Assembly: GCA_964534305.1 (NCBI GenBank)
Contig: CAZHPR010000002.1
Span: 27,986 to 91,985 of the forward strand
Reading direction: 5' to 3'
DNA from: an uncultured Candidatus Saccharibacteria bacterium
Lineage (GTDB): Bacteria; Patescibacteriota; Minisyncoccia; Phycocordibacterales; WO2-35-19
DNA length: 64,000 nucleotides
Numbering within the stretch: position 1 is the first letter of the stretch; each line of letters starts with the position of its first letter. The position numbers and the translations under genes are program-made. Shown in pieces: positions 20,095-29,939 of this stretch. A model generated the notes under the pieces. The model saw only the letters and a list, made by a program, of their open reading frames with translations. It searched no databases and was not told where the DNA came from.

Positions 20095-20328
20095 ATGAAA
20101 GAAGTAACAATATACTCAACACCAACCTGCCACTTTTGTCACCTTGCCAAAGAGTTTTTTAAAGAAAACGGGGTTTCTTATACAGAATATGATGTTCTAA
20201 GTAACCTAGAAAAGAGACAAGAGATGGTAGAGAAAAGCGGTGGGCTCGGGGTACCGGTTATAGTTATAAACGGGGAAGTCATTGTTGGTTTTGATCAAGG
20301 GAGAATAATGTCTCTTTTAGGTATCTAA
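20095..20328 (+). CDS. glutaredoxin-like / NrdH-like small thioredoxin-fold protein
   Basis: 77 aa with CxxC (TCHFCHLAK) at the N-terminus and a GVPVIVINGEVIVGFD C-terminal motif. Confidence 0.75.
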   Translation: MKEVTIYSTPTCHFCHLAKEFFKENGVSYTEYDVLSNLEKRQEMVEKSGGLGVPVIVINGEVIVGFDQGRIMSLLGI

Positions 20329-20341
20329 TTTAAAATATTTT

Positions 20342-20599
20342 ATGGACCAAGAGATGAAAGATTTGAAAGAGATGCTCCGCAAGAACCTTGAGCTCTCTGC
20401 TGAGAACAATAAGATGCTTCACTCTATCAAGCGAGGCATATTGCTTTCTAGGATAATGCGAATTGTATACTGGGTTATAATCCTTGGCGTTGGTGTTGGT
20501 ATCTACTATTACATAGAACCTTACGTAGATAGCGCTATAGGCGCTTACGGAGATGTAAAAGGGGACCTCCAAGGCTTCAAAGAAGTCTTCACACAATAA
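20342..20599 (+). CDS. hypothetical small membrane protein
   Basis: Coiled N-terminus plus one TM helix. Same strand and tightly spaced after the glutaredoxin gene, so preferred over the antisense ORF 20330..20596. Confidence 0.4.
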   Translation: MDQEMKDLKEMLRKNLELSAENNKMLHSIKRGILLSRIMRIVYWVIILGVGVGIYYYIEPYVDSAIGAYGDVKGDLQGFKEVFTQ

Positions 20600-20607
20600 G
20601 TTGTTTG

Positions 20608-20681
20608 GTGCTGAGAGCCGGGTTCGAACCGGCGACCCTTCCCTCTTCAGGGGAATGCTCTACCAACTGAGCTATCTCAGC
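20608..20681 (-). tRNA. tRNA-Phe (GAA), CCA encoded
   Basis: Cloverleaf read by eye: acceptor GCTGAGA/TCTCAGC, D-arm AGCTCAGTTGGTAGAGC, anticodon loop CTGAAGA, T-arm GGTTCGAACCC. Confidence 0.85.
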
Positions 20682-20722
20682 ATTTTTGGTGTAGATAATT
20701 ATACACAAAAATATAAAATTTC

Positions 20723-21178
20723 CTAATTACCCCTTACTTTTAAGCGGGTGGAGCGGTTTTTGTCTAGTTTTGGAAGACGGATTATGAGAAGACCATGCTT
20801 TTCTATCGCTTCTGAAGCATCTACGTCTATTTCTTGTGGAAGTACAATTGTCCTCGAGAAACTACCCCAGTACAACTCTCGATGGAAGTAATCCTCATCG
20901 CTTATCGTCTTTTCATTCTCTCTTTTGCCTTTGATCGTTACCATATCTCTTGAGATAGAAACATCTAGGTCTTCTGGCTTTACTCCCGATACCATGGTCT
21001 TTATAATTATTTCGTTTTGATTTTGGTATACGTCAACAGAGAGCTCACCCTCTTCTGGGGCCATCCAATCATCTTCTCTTGGGTTTGTGTTGTTGTTTTG
21101 AAAGCTTACCTCAGTCTCTACTTCTTCCGGTATTGTTATTGAGCCGGTTAGTCTTTCAAAAAAAGATCTTTTTGCCAT
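20723..21178 (-). CDS. Hsp20/alpha-crystallin family small heat-shock protein
   Basis: The alpha-crystallin domain pattern is present, including YHRELYWGSFSRTIVLP and the surrounding ...V.VY...I.I....GV..E.L.....D..TI.G blocks. Confidence 0.8.
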   Translation of the reverse strand: MAKRSFFERLTGSITIPEEVETEVSFQNNNTNPREDDWMAPEEGELSVDVYQNQNEIIIKTMVSGVKPEDLDVSISRDMVTIKGKRENEKTISDEDYFHRELYWGSFSRTIVLPQEIDVDASEAIEKHGLLIIRLPKLDKNRSTRLKVRGN

Positions 21179-21188
21179 TTTTTTATAT

Positions 21189-21875
21189 TTATATATGAGT
21201 CTTTTTTACCTTCTCTATTGCGACGATAATAAATGTTACAACTATCCACACACCAGAGAAAACAAAAAATATCTTATCGCCACTTTCAATTATAAGTAAA
21301 TTGAAGATTGTGTGCAATATGATTGATGTAGATATTCCTACAAAAATAAACAGGTTTTTTACGGTTCTGCTTAGGTAAAATGATAGTCCGTACATTATAC
21401 CTATTGTCGCAGAAGAGGCTGTGTGTAGAAGCGTCGCACCCAAAAATCTCATATTGCCGGTTATTACACTCTCAGCGAAGTGCCCTCCACTGATCAAGTT
21501 TGATAAGAAAAGAGAGTTTTCTAAAGCGGAAAATCCAAGGGCAACTGTTATCATATAAATTACCGCATCTATCGGTTCGTCATTTTCGCGCATTCTTAGG
21601 GCCAGTATGTATGCGGCTCCAAATTTGAAAAGTTCTTCTACGGTAGACCAATAAAATATCGTCAGAGTGTTTATTTCTCCACCCTGCAAAGAAAACAAAA
21701 TTTTTTCTATCGGTAATACAAGGATTACTGCCAAAGCACCACCAAAAAATGTAAGAGCCAGTCTCCATCTAGGTTCTGGGTGCAGCTTGTCTTCTCTGGT
21801 CCAAAACCATAGCCAGAGAAGCGCAGGCATAATGCCTCCGAGTAAAGATAGAAATATTGTCAAAGAAGCATTCAT
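21189..21875 (-). CDS. PrsW/CPBP-like intramembrane metalloprotease
   Basis: Polytopic, with an EExxK-type motif (VEELFKFGAAY) and a distal HxxxN (LHTIFNLL). Confidence 0.5.
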   Translation of the reverse strand: MNASLTIFLSLLGGIMPALLWLWFWTREDKLHPEPRWRLALTFFGGALAVILVLPIEKILFSLQGGEINTLTIFYWSTVEELFKFGAAYILALRMRENDEPIDAVIYMITVALGFSALENSLFLSNLISGGHFAESVITGNMRFLGATLLHTASSATIGIMYGLSFYLSRTVKNLFIFVGISTSIILHTIFNLLIIESGDKIFFVFSGVWIVVTFIIVAIEKVKKTHI

Positions 21876-21883
21876 TTATATTT

Positions 21884-24097
21884 TTAATATTTTGGCCAAG
21901 ATTCGATCATCAATAATTTTTTGTTATTAACCAAGATTTGCCATAACTTTTCTGTAATAAACGGCATAAATGGGTGAAGTATTTTTAGTTGTTCTTTAAG
22001 TAAAAATAATAACATATTTTTTCTTGAAGACGATTTTTGTTCTGATTCTTTAAAAATAGTTTTACTTTCTTCTATAATAATGTCCGCAAAAGTATGCCAA
22101 GCGTAGTGATAGATTTTTTCGGCTGCAAGATAAAACCTAAAATTATCCATATCAGAAGTTATATCCTTGGCGATATTTTCAAACTCAGCTACCAGTTTCT
22201 TGTCTGTTTCTTCTGTTACCTTTTCTTTATCACCGTCTATCCCTTCGGTATTTTCAACTACAAATCTGGATATATTCCAAAGCTTGTTTGCGAAGTGTTT
22301 GTAAGCTTTGAATTTGTCCTCTGAAATTTTGCTATCATTCCCCGGTCCAGTGCCTACTATCATAGCCATACGTAGTGCGTCTGCGCCATACTTTTCTACT
22401 ATCTCAACCGGATCTACGTTGTTTCCTAGGGACTTGCTTATTTTTCTCCCTTGATTATCCCTTACTAATCCATGGAGATAGACCTTACCAAAAGGTACTT
22501 CTCCTGTGAGGTAGGTGGACATTAGGATCATCCTGGCTACCCAGAAGAAAAGTATGTCGTAGCCAGTCTCTAAAACAGTAGTAGGGTGATAATTTTTTAG
22601 ATCGTCTGTTTTTTCTGGCCAACCCAGAGTAGAGAACGTCCAAAGACCTGATGAGAACCAAGTATCTAGTGTATCACTGTCTTGTAACCAACCCTGGCCT
22701 TCTGGCGCTTCAACGCCAACGTAAGTCTCCTCACTCTCTGTTGTAGATGGATCGGATCGGTACCAAACAGGAATTCTGTGGCCGTACCATATTTGTCTAC
22801 TTATACACCAGTCTCGAAGGTTGTTTATCCAATTTGTGTAAACTCGTTCAAATCTTTCTGGGATTATTTCAATATTTTTATTCTGAACAACAGAAAGCAT
22901 TAATTTTTTTAGTGTAACCTTTTCTCCTTTTTTTATGCCTGGCAACGTATCAAACTGGTATTCAAATTCCTTGTTTACATTTACAAACCATTGCAACTTT
23001 GGAAGCGGCTCCACGATACCTCCTGTACGTTCTGCTGTTGATATATTTTGGACGATTTCCTCTTCTTTTAACAACAGACCTTCTTTTTTAAGCCAATCTA
23101 CTATTATTTCTCTAGCCTCCAAAACTTTTTTGTTTGAAAGTAGTGGAGAGTCAACTGACATTTTGGCGTATTCATTTATAACTGGTTTAATATCTAAGTT
23201 ATGCCTCTCTGAAATCTCCCAATCTATTGCGCTATGAGCGGGGGTTACACCGAGTGCTCCTGTTCCAAATTCTGGATCTACCGATGAATCAGCGATTATC
23301 TTGATAGACAATCTTTCTCCAGCAAAATTTTCAATGTTGAATATTTTACCGATATATTCTTTGTAGCGTGAGTCTTCGGGGTGTACGGCAACTGCTGTAT
23401 CACCAACTTTTGTTTCTGGTCTTGTGGTAGAGATATAGATAGGAAAATCTTTCGAATATTTAAATGTGTATAGCACCGCTTTTCTTTCTTCGTAAACAAT
23501 CTCATCATCTGATATTGTCGTTTGTCCCTTTGGGTCCCAGTTAACTATCCTATGACCACGATAAATTATTCCATCGTCGTACATCCTCTTAAATGCAGTT
23601 TTTACGGCCAGATTCCTTTTTTCATCAAGAGTAAATGCTTCTCTAGACCAATCTAGGGAGCTACCAATCCTCTTCGTTTGGTCTACTATTATGTCGTGAC
23701 TATTCTTTGCAAAATCTTGAATTCTTTTTAAAAATTCTTCTCTTCCTAGGTCATGCCTGTTTTTACCTTCTTCTTTTTGAATTATTTTTTCTACCTTTGA
23801 CTGGGTGGCTATCGCAGCGTGGTCAGTTCCAGGGATCCAAAGTGTTTTTTTACCAAGCATCCTATTGTATCTAACCATGATGTCCTCAATGGTCAACATA
23901 AAGGCACTACCCATATGAAGGTTGCCGGTGACATTTGGTGGGGGAAGAACGATAGAGAAAAATTCAGAATCCTTATTTGTGACACCTTTTTCTATACAAA
24001 TATCAGGGTTAAAAAAGCCACTTTCCTCCCAGGTCTTGTAAATACTAGACTCTGTTGACTTTGGGTCGTATGGTTTTTTCAGCTCATCATTCATCAT
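21884..24097 (-). CDS. valS: class I aminoacyl-tRNA synthetase, most likely valyl-tRNA synthetase (compact form)
   Basis: PPPNVTGNLHMGSA (HIGH region, ValRS-typical) and KISKS (KMSKS). Shorter than canonical ValRS. Confidence 0.7.
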   Translation of the reverse strand: MMNDELKKPYDPKSTESSIYKTWEESGFFNPDICIEKGVTNKDSEFFSIVLPPPNVTGNLHMGSAFMLTIEDIMVRYNRMLGKKTLWIPGTDHAAIATQSKVEKIIQKEEGKNRHDLGREEFLKRIQDFAKNSHDIIVDQTKRIGSSLDWSREAFTLDEKRNLAVKTAFKRMYDDGIIYRGHRIVNWDPKGQTTISDDEIVYEERKAVLYTFKYSKDFPIYISTTRPETKVGDTAVAVHPEDSRYKEYIGKIFNIENFAGERLSIKIIADSSVDPEFGTGALGVTPAHSAIDWEISERHNLDIKPVINEYAKMSVDSPLLSNKKVLEAREIIVDWLKKEGLLLKEEEIVQNISTAERTGGIVEPLPKLQWFVNVNKEFEYQFDTLPGIKKGEKVTLKKLMLSVVQNKNIEIIPERFERVYTNWINNLRDWCISRQIWYGHRIPVWYRSDPSTTESEETYVGVEAPEGQGWLQDSDTLDTWFSSGLWTFSTLGWPEKTDDLKNYHPTTVLETGYDILFFWVARMILMSTYLTGEVPFGKVYLHGLVRDNQGRKISKSLGNNVDPVEIVEKYGADALRMAMIVGTGPGNDSKISEDKFKAYKHFANKLWNISRFVVENTEGIDGDKEKVTEETDKKLVAEFENIAKDITSDMDNFRFYLAAEKIYHYAWHTFADIIIEESKTIFKESEQKSSSRKNMLLFLLKEQLKILHPFMPFITEKLWQILVNNKKLLMIESWPKY

Positions 24098-24360
24098 TTA
24101 TAAAAATAATACCCTAAAATTAGTAAATCTAGAAATCAAACAAATTGTAAAGGACAAAATATACTATAATCCGAGATCTATTTTTGTCCTTTATGGTCTT
24201 ATACAATATTTTAAACAAAAAAAAGACATATAAAGGACAAATACTAAAAAACCTTTAAAATAAAGCTTTTTTGACCTATAAAACCTTGACATTCTCATTA
24301 AAATATGAGAAGCTTTGGTCGTCAAGTTTAATAAAAATCATACAGAATAAAACAAATTCT

Positions 24361-27300
24361 ATGGAAAATAATATGAATATGAAAAAAATATTGAATTCCG
24401 CGCTTTCATTAGTGTTTATTTTTGTAATGATTTTTTCTAATTTTGCTGCTTTGCCTGTAAAGGTATCTGCTGAAGATGAAGCCTTTGTCCAAGAAAATAT
24501 GTTTTTTGGAGCACAGGAAGAAAGCAATACTGAAGTCGTTGTTAACAACAATAATACAGAAAGTGCCGGTGATTTGACTACTGATTTATCTGTTGCAGAT
24601 CAGACAAGTGGGGCAGCTGAACAGACAGAGACTATCTCCACAGAAGAAGTGAATAGTAATGTAAACTTTTCTACATCAGAAACAGAGCAAAGATCTTCAC
24701 AAGAAAATTTGTTTTCTACCTCTTCGTCTGGCGCTGATAATAATCAATCACTTCTTTCTATAGATAAGTTTGTTAAAAATGTTACAGATAGTACAGATTA
24801 TTCAAAACAAGTAGACGCAAACTTTGATGAAATAGTTAGATTTAAATTAGTTATCACTAATATTGGAACAGCCAATCTTAGTGATTTGTATGTTTCTGAT
24901 ACTTTGCCAGAGAAACTTTCTTATGTAGATGGTAGTCTATCTGTCCCAGAGCCTGTATATGGAGGCAATATATTTTCTACTCAAGGGCTCAATGTTCACG
25001 ACCTAAATCCTGGACAATCTATCACTATAACTTTTGATGCTAAAGTTTCTGGATCAAGCAGTTTTGGTTTTGGCGAGACCATACTTACCAATAATGCTAG
25101 TTCGGTTGAAATAGGTGGTACGCCTGCAAGTCCAGACACTGATTCTGCATCCGTTAGAGTTTTTAAGCAGCAAGAGACCACTCCGCCTCCAGTTAATGTT
25201 TGTAATGAAATAAAAGATAAAACTGGTTGGTATGGAAAATACTATGACTACAACTCTAGTCATCCAAATATGGAGGAGGTTACTTCTACCTGGAATACCT
25301 ACTATGGGGACCCACTAAGCAATGATGTTGCTTGGACAGCAGATTGGTATGACTCAAAATATTTTAAACTTGGTAGGGTAGATAGCAATCTTATTTTTAA
25401 TAACAACTTTTTCCCTCTAGATTCTGTTTCTGGTGCAGAGATTATAAACGGACACAACTACCACTTCGGTGTTCACTGGAAGGCTGTTGTGACAGCATCA
25501 AGTTCAGCTAATTATGGATTTAGGATTGATTCTGACGATGATGCTTGGGTTTATGTTGATGGTGATTTGATAAAAGATAACAGAGGGGTACACCCAGTGT
25601 TGTCCAAGACCGGTTCAGTTTATTTAACAAAGGGTGATCATATTGTAGATATTTTCTTTGCTGAGAGACACACAACACATTCAAATATGTACTTCAAGTT
25701 TAATGATACATCTCTAGTCATAAAACCTTTTGTTGATGGATGTACTTCAGTAAATACTCCACCGGTTATAACTCTAATCGGTAACAACCCACTATTTCTA
25801 ACAGTTGGTGATATATTCGTTGATCCAGGGGCAACATCTACCGATGCACAAGACGGAGATCTTACATCAAGCATTGTAAAAACTGGAACAGTTAACACCT
25901 CAGCTGTTAGCACAACAACACTAACTTATTCAGTTACTGACTCCGGTGGACTCTCTGCTTCTACTACAAGATTGGTAGTGGTTAAGCCAAAGGTTACTCC
26001 TCCTGGAAATGGTGGCGGCTCTACGAATACTCCACCGGTGATAACTCTAATTGGCAATAATCCTTTGAATATATTTATAGGTAGTACTTTTGTTGACCCG
26101 GGCGCAACAGCAACCGACGCACAAGACGGCAACCTTACTTCAAGCATAATAGTATCTGGTACTGTTGCTACCTCTACACTAGGTACATCAACTCTTACTT
26201 ACTCTGTCTACGATTCAGGCGGACTTGGCGCAACTACTACAAGGGAAGTTGTGGTACTTGCAACAACTACTCCGCCGGTAGTCAAACCACAGTGTTCTGA
26301 TGGTTTGGATAACGATGGAGATGGCAAGATTGATTCTCTAGACCCTGGCTGTCATAGCGATGGGAATGTAGAGAATGGTAGTTCTTTTGATCCAAATGAC
26401 GACAGTGAAGTCGATGTTCCTTCTAATCCTCCTAGCGATGGTGGTGGTAATGGCGGCGGAGGCGGTGGTGGTAGTTCTTTGAGTGGTAGAAGACGAGACG
26501 TAAGCAACCTCTTTGCAAGCGGGGGCGAGATTCTCGGTGCTTCAAGTTGTTCTTATCTTAGGGATTACCTGAGAATTGATTGGGCTAATGATAGAGTAGA
26601 AGTCCTAAAACTTCAGTCTTTCTTGAATATTTATGATGGAGCAAAATTAAACATGACAGGTGTCTTTGATCAAAACACACTTGTTGCTGTAAATAATTTC
26701 CAGAATAAATATGAGAGTGACATACTTACTCCTTGGGGGCACGATGCACCTACTGGATTTGTATACATTCTTACTAAGAAAAAGATAAATGAGATTTATT
26801 GCAACACTACTTATCCTCTAACTAGCGAACAAGCAGAGGAGATAAGAGAATTTAGAAGTTTCCTTGACGGTCTAAAGAGTTCTAACCCTGGCGCAACTTA
26901 TGATGCTGGTGGTATAGGAGGTGATCTAGAGGGAGCAATAAAGGGCGTTGTTGTATTAGATCAAAATGGTGAAGTTGTTGATACTGCTACCACAAGTGTA
27001 GTAGATCTTGTAAAGGACGATTCATTCTCCAGCTCAGTTCTCAGAAACGCTGCAGTTTCTATATTTGCAGTCCCAGATAGTACAACCGAGACACTAAGAT
27101 GTCTTATCGCTTTCCTCATAATACTTCTTGTTATGTATATAGTGTCTGGAATACTTGCAAACGGTACAAGAGAGAGGAGGATAGTATTTTTGATACTTTC
27201 TGTTATTGCGATAATTGTCTCTATAATTATAAACTTCTATTGTGTCGTCGCGCCGCTACTACTTGCACTTATAATCTCTGCGCTTCTCATAATCTTTGAT

Positions 27301-27525
27301 AATAAAAATGGCGATAGCGGAGACTCTAACCTTGAACAACCAAAGAATACCAATTCTTCAGAGGTAGAAGACAAAGCTCCAGAAAATCTACCTGCGCAGA
27401 CAGACTTACCAACGAAAGAAGAAGCTTCTAGTGTTATAGAAATGCCAGGAGAAATAGTTGTTGAGAATGACGAGGAAGAGGTGATAGAACCGTCTACTAT
27501 AGACTCAGAAAAAACAAACAACTAA
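24361..27525 (+). CDS. large secreted/membrane-anchored surface protein with DUF11-like, PA14, 2x DUF5011 (Ig-like) domains, a Gly-rich linker and C-terminal TM helices
   Basis: Signal peptide (MKKILNSALSLVFIFVMIF...AEDE). PA14-like block (DWYDSKYF...YGFRIDSDDDAWVYVDGDLI...TKGDHIVDIFFAERH). Two near-identical ~85-aa repeats (TPPVITLIGNNPL...VDPGAT.TDAQDG.LTSSI...TLTYSV.DSGGL). The start is taken at the internal ATG of MENNMNMKK; the ORF-track frame begins at 24271. Confidence 0.7.
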   Translation: MENNMNMKKILNSALSLVFIFVMIFSNFAALPVKVSAEDEAFVQENMFFGAQEESNTEVVVNNNNTESAGDLTTDLSVADQTSGAAEQTETISTEEVNSNVNFSTSETEQRSSQENLFSTSSSGADNNQSLLSIDKFVKNVTDSTDYSKQVDANFDEIVRFKLVITNIGTANLSDLYVSDTLPEKLSYVDGSLSVPEPVYGGNIFSTQGLNVHDLNPGQSITITFDAKVSGSSSFGFGETILTNNASSVEIGGTPASPDTDSASVRVFKQQETTPPPVNVCNEIKDKTGWYGKYYDYNSSHPNMEEVTSTWNTYYGDPLSNDVAWTADWYDSKYFKLGRVDSNLIFNNNFFPLDSVSGAEIINGHNYHFGVHWKAVVTASSSANYGFRIDSDDDAWVYVDGDLIKDNRGVHPVLSKTGSVYLTKGDHIVDIFFAERHTTHSNMYFKFNDTSLVIKPFVDGCTSVNTPPVITLIGNNPLFLTVGDIFVDPGATSTDAQDGDLTSSIVKTGTVNTSAVSTTTLTYSVTDSGGLSASTTRLVVVKPKVTPPGNGGGSTNTPPVITLIGNNPLNIFIGSTFVDPGATATDAQDGNLTSSIIVSGTVATSTLGTSTLTYSVYDSGGLGATTTREVVVLATTTPPVVKPQCSDGLDNDGDGKIDSLDPGCHSDGNVENGSSFDPNDDSEVDVPSNPPSDGGGNGGGGGGGSSLSGRRRDVSNLFASGGEILGASSCSYLRDYLRIDWANDRVEVLKLQSFLNIYDGAKLNMTGVFDQNTLVAVNNFQNKYESDILTPWGHDAPTGFVYILTKKKINEIYCNTTYPLTSEQAEEIREFRSFLDGLKSSNPGATYDAGGIGGDLEGAIKGVVVLDQNGEVVDTATTSVVDLVKDDSFSSSVLRNAAVSIFAVPDSTTETLRCLIAFLIILLVMYIVSGILANGTRERRIVFLILSVIAIIVSIIINFYCVVAPLLLALIISALLIIFDNKNGDSGDSNLEQPKNTNSSEVEDKAPENLPAQTDLPTKEEASSVIEMPGEIVVENDEEEVIEPSTIDSEKTNN

Positions 27526-28739
27526 ATATCTAGATTGCCGTCCGCCTTTAGTTCATACTCCTTGCTCTCCTTTCTGAGAGAGTCTATATAAGCTGATATC
27601 GCTATCATTGTTGCGTTGTCTGTAGTCAAACTTTTTTCTGGAATATAGACCTTAGGCCATAGAAAACTATTCTCAAGTTCCAAAATTTTCTCTCTTATTA
27701 GTTTGTTTGCTATAACTCCTCCTCCAACGATAATACTTTTTGGAGAGAATTCTTGGATTGCCTTTTTTGTTTTTGAAAGCAAAACCTCAACTACGGCATC
27801 TTCGAATTCTCTGGCAATTTCTTTCTTTTGATTTTCTGATAGTTTTGGTAGATCTTCTTTGGCCCCACCCCCTGCCCCCTCCCCTAAGGGGAGGGGGTTT
27901 GGGGGAGGGGATGTGTTATCTTTTCCTTTGCTTATTAAGTCCCGGATATAATACAAAACAGAAGTTTTAAGACCAGAAAATGAAAAGTTGTAATCTTTTG
28001 AGTGAAGCATCGGTCTAGGGAAATTCTTTTCTTGTTGGATACCTTCTTTTCTTGCTTCTTCTGCTAGTCTGCTTATCTCTGGCCCTCCTGGATAAGGGAG
28101 GTCAAGCATCCTGGCAACCTTATCAAAAGCTTCTCCTACTGCGTCGTCTAATGTCTCACCAATCTTTTTTTTATCGTGCCAGCTTTCCATGAGTACAAGC
28201 TCTGTGTGCCCACCGGAAATAAGTAGGGCAAGCGCAGGAAACTCAACACCTTGATTCATGATTCTTGATTCATGATTCTGCGCCAGTAGTACTGATGCAA
28301 TATGTCCTTCCATATGATTTGCACCGACAACTTTTACCCCCCAATTTTTACCAAGCTCTTCTGCGAACTTTATACCAGTCCAGAGAGCTGGCTCAAGCCC
28401 GGGCCCCACTGTTACCGCGATCATGTCAATGGGAAATTTTTTGCCTGGTTTGTTTTTTTCCCATAATTCATAATTCATAATTCCTAATTCATCTTCAAAA
28501 CCTGCTTCCTTTAGTGCTTCTTCCAAGACTATAGGTAAGTTTTTCTCATGCTCTCTTTTTGCAAGAGTGGGGAAGACACCGCCATACTCTTTGTGTATGT
28601 CTATCTGACTATTTACAGCACTTCCGAGTAGCTTGAAAGAGAGAGAATTTATGTCTCCTTCTGCTTCTACTATGCTTATTGCTGTTTCGTCACAACTAGT
28701 CTCTATCCCAAGTATTCTCATCACAACAATATACAACAA
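27522..28739 (-). CDS. tsaD: tRNA N6-adenosine threonylcarbamoyltransferase TsaD, with an internal low-complexity insertion
   Basis: MRILGIETSCDETAISIV, HMEGHI and LISGGHTEL motifs. Carries an inserted PPPNPLPLGEGAGGG segment encoded by a GC palindrome. Confidence 0.85.
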   Translation of the reverse strand: MLYIVVMRILGIETSCDETAISIVEAEGDINSLSFKLLGSAVNSQIDIHKEYGGVFPTLAKREHEKNLPIVLEEALKEAGFEDELGIMNYELWEKNKPGKKFPIDMIAVTVGPGLEPALWTGIKFAEELGKNWGVKVVGANHMEGHIASVLLAQNHESRIMNQGVEFPALALLISGGHTELVLMESWHDKKKIGETLDDAVGEAFDKVARMLDLPYPGGPEISRLAEEARKEGIQQEKNFPRPMLHSKDYNFSFSGLKTSVLYYIRDLISKGKDNTSPPPNPLPLGEGAGGGAKEDLPKLSENQKKEIAREFEDAVVEVLLSKTKKAIQEFSPKSIIVGGGVIANKLIREKILELENSFLWPKVYIPEKSLTTDNATMIAISAYIDSLRKESKEYELKADGNLDI

Positions 28740-28933
28740 TATTTTAATTTATCCACTTATTTATATATTATGTAAGTTAGCCTTTGTTATAATATAAAAA
28801 TCGCCCATGCAAGGAGGCACTTCGCGTCTAGAGCTAAACAGGTGGCTGAATAGCAATAGCCGGAGTGCCTCGCAAAATCCAAGCTCCTTTATGAGGAGCT
28901 TTCTGTAAAATAAAATAATTGAAAGACCCCGCG

Positions 28934-29101
28934 CTACTCACAGCGCAGGGCCTGTCTTGTCTTGGAGATCATAAGCAAGACCAACCCTCCTACCATCAAA
29001 AGAGAGATCAGGATGGTGAGTCCTGCCTTGAATATGACTTCTGCTACCGGCATCGTGTACTTTGAGATGCCGTCGTACGAAGAACAGTCCAGGTTTTCCA
29101 T
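28934..29101 (-). CDS. small (55 aa) membrane protein, hypothetical
   Basis: Not in the ORF track (<60 aa). The ATG at 29101 is preceded by AAGGAGG, there is one TM helix, and GC is higher than the surroundings. Confidence 0.35.
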   Translation of the reverse strand: MENLDCSSYDGISKYTMPVAEVIFKAGLTILISLLMVGGLVLLMISKTRQALRCE

Positions 29102-29245
29102 GTCCGCCTCCTTTTTTAATATATCATAAAATTCTGTATGGAGAATCGGTCGCGAATAAATTTGCTAGTGCAAATTTTTCTCGACCCCGACTCCCTCGCT
29201 TTGCTCAGTCCGTCTTTCGATTCTCGCCATACTAGGCGATCATGT

Positions 29246-29288
29246 GCCAAAAATAAAATACCAGCTGAACTGGTATTTTATTTTTGGC
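29246..29288. terminator. long perfect hairpin (gccaaaaataaaataccagctgaactggtattttatttttggc) abutting the tRNA-Glu 3' end
   Basis: A 17-bp stem flanked by A/T tracts, seen directly. Confidence 0.6.
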
Positions 29289-29289
29289 A

Positions 29290-29361
29290 TGACCCTACGG
29301 GGAATCGAACCCCGATTACCGCCTTGAAAAGGCGATGTCCTAACCGTTAGACGATAGGGCC
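29290..29361 (-). tRNA. tRNA-Glu (UUC)
   Basis: Cloverleaf read by eye: acceptor GGCCCTA/TAGGGTC, anticodon loop TTTTCAA, T-arm GGGGTTCGATTCCCC. CCA is not encoded. Confidence 0.8.
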
Positions 29362-29597
29362 GCAATACTTCACCCCGCTTATAGCGGAGTTTCGTAGGGC
29401 TTACCTACAATATGAAGTATTACGCAAAATAATAACACCATTTTTGTATAATGCAAAATCTGGATTATTCTATGTTAAAATTTATAAAGATAGCCTTCAT
29501 GGCTAGCTAGAGAGGAGTAGAGGAGTAATTCCCAAGAGCCCTTCGCAGGAGGGGCTCTAAATATTTACTCAATTTTATATTATACTTCGTTTGTATT

Positions 29598-29685
29598 GGA
29601 GGGTTGGCAGAGTGGTCTAATGCGCCGCACTCGAAACGCGGTTTCCGCCCAAAGCGGATCAAGAGTTCAAATCTCTTACCCTCCG
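29598..29685 (+). tRNA. tRNA-Ser (CGA), type II with a long variable arm
   Basis: Acceptor GGAGGGT/ACCCTCC, D-arm GCA..TGC, anticodon loop CTCGAAA, variable arm TTTCCGCCCAAAGCGGATC, T-arm AAGAGTTCAAATCTCTT. Confidence 0.8.
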
Positions 29686-29689
29686 CAAA

Positions 29690-29930
29690 ATAAGGAGTCG
29701 CGTCAGCGACGACTATATTTTGCGAGAGTCCTGAGCAAAGCGAAGGGCAACCCGCAAAAACCCACTATATTTTGCGAGAGTTCCATTCGAGCCTTGCTCT
29801 CAGGACCTACGGCCTCAGCGCAGTGAAGGGCAGTCGCAAAATGCGAGAGTTCCATTCGAGCTCCGCTCTCAGGACTTGCAGCCTGAGGCTTGCAGAAGGG
29901 CAACCCGCAAAGACAAAATAAACGTGTTAT
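29690..29930 (+). repeat. complex nested/tandem repeat region downstream of tRNA-Ser
   Basis: actatattttgcgagag appears twice, ttccattcgagc twice, ctctcaggac twice and gaagggcaacccgcaaa twice within ~240 bp. Confidence 0.7.
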
Positions 29931-29939
29931 AATTTGGGC

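Noticed and set aside
20330-20596. 88-aa minus-strand ORF overlapping 20342..20599
   Set aside because: The plus-strand alternative has a TM helix, follows the glutaredoxin gene at operon spacing, and has a better start context. Only one of the two frames can be real.
24271-24360. Extended start of the large surface protein (MTYKTLTFSL...)
   Set aside because: The signal peptide begins at the downstream Met cluster (MENNMNMKKIL). The upstream 30 codons are AT-rich promoter-like sequence.
28250-28490. Short tandem repeats (catgaatcaagaat x2; aattcataattcat) inside tsaD
   Set aside because: They translate cleanly into conserved TsaD sequence (HESRIMNQG; MNYELWEK). This is coding coincidence, not a repeat element.
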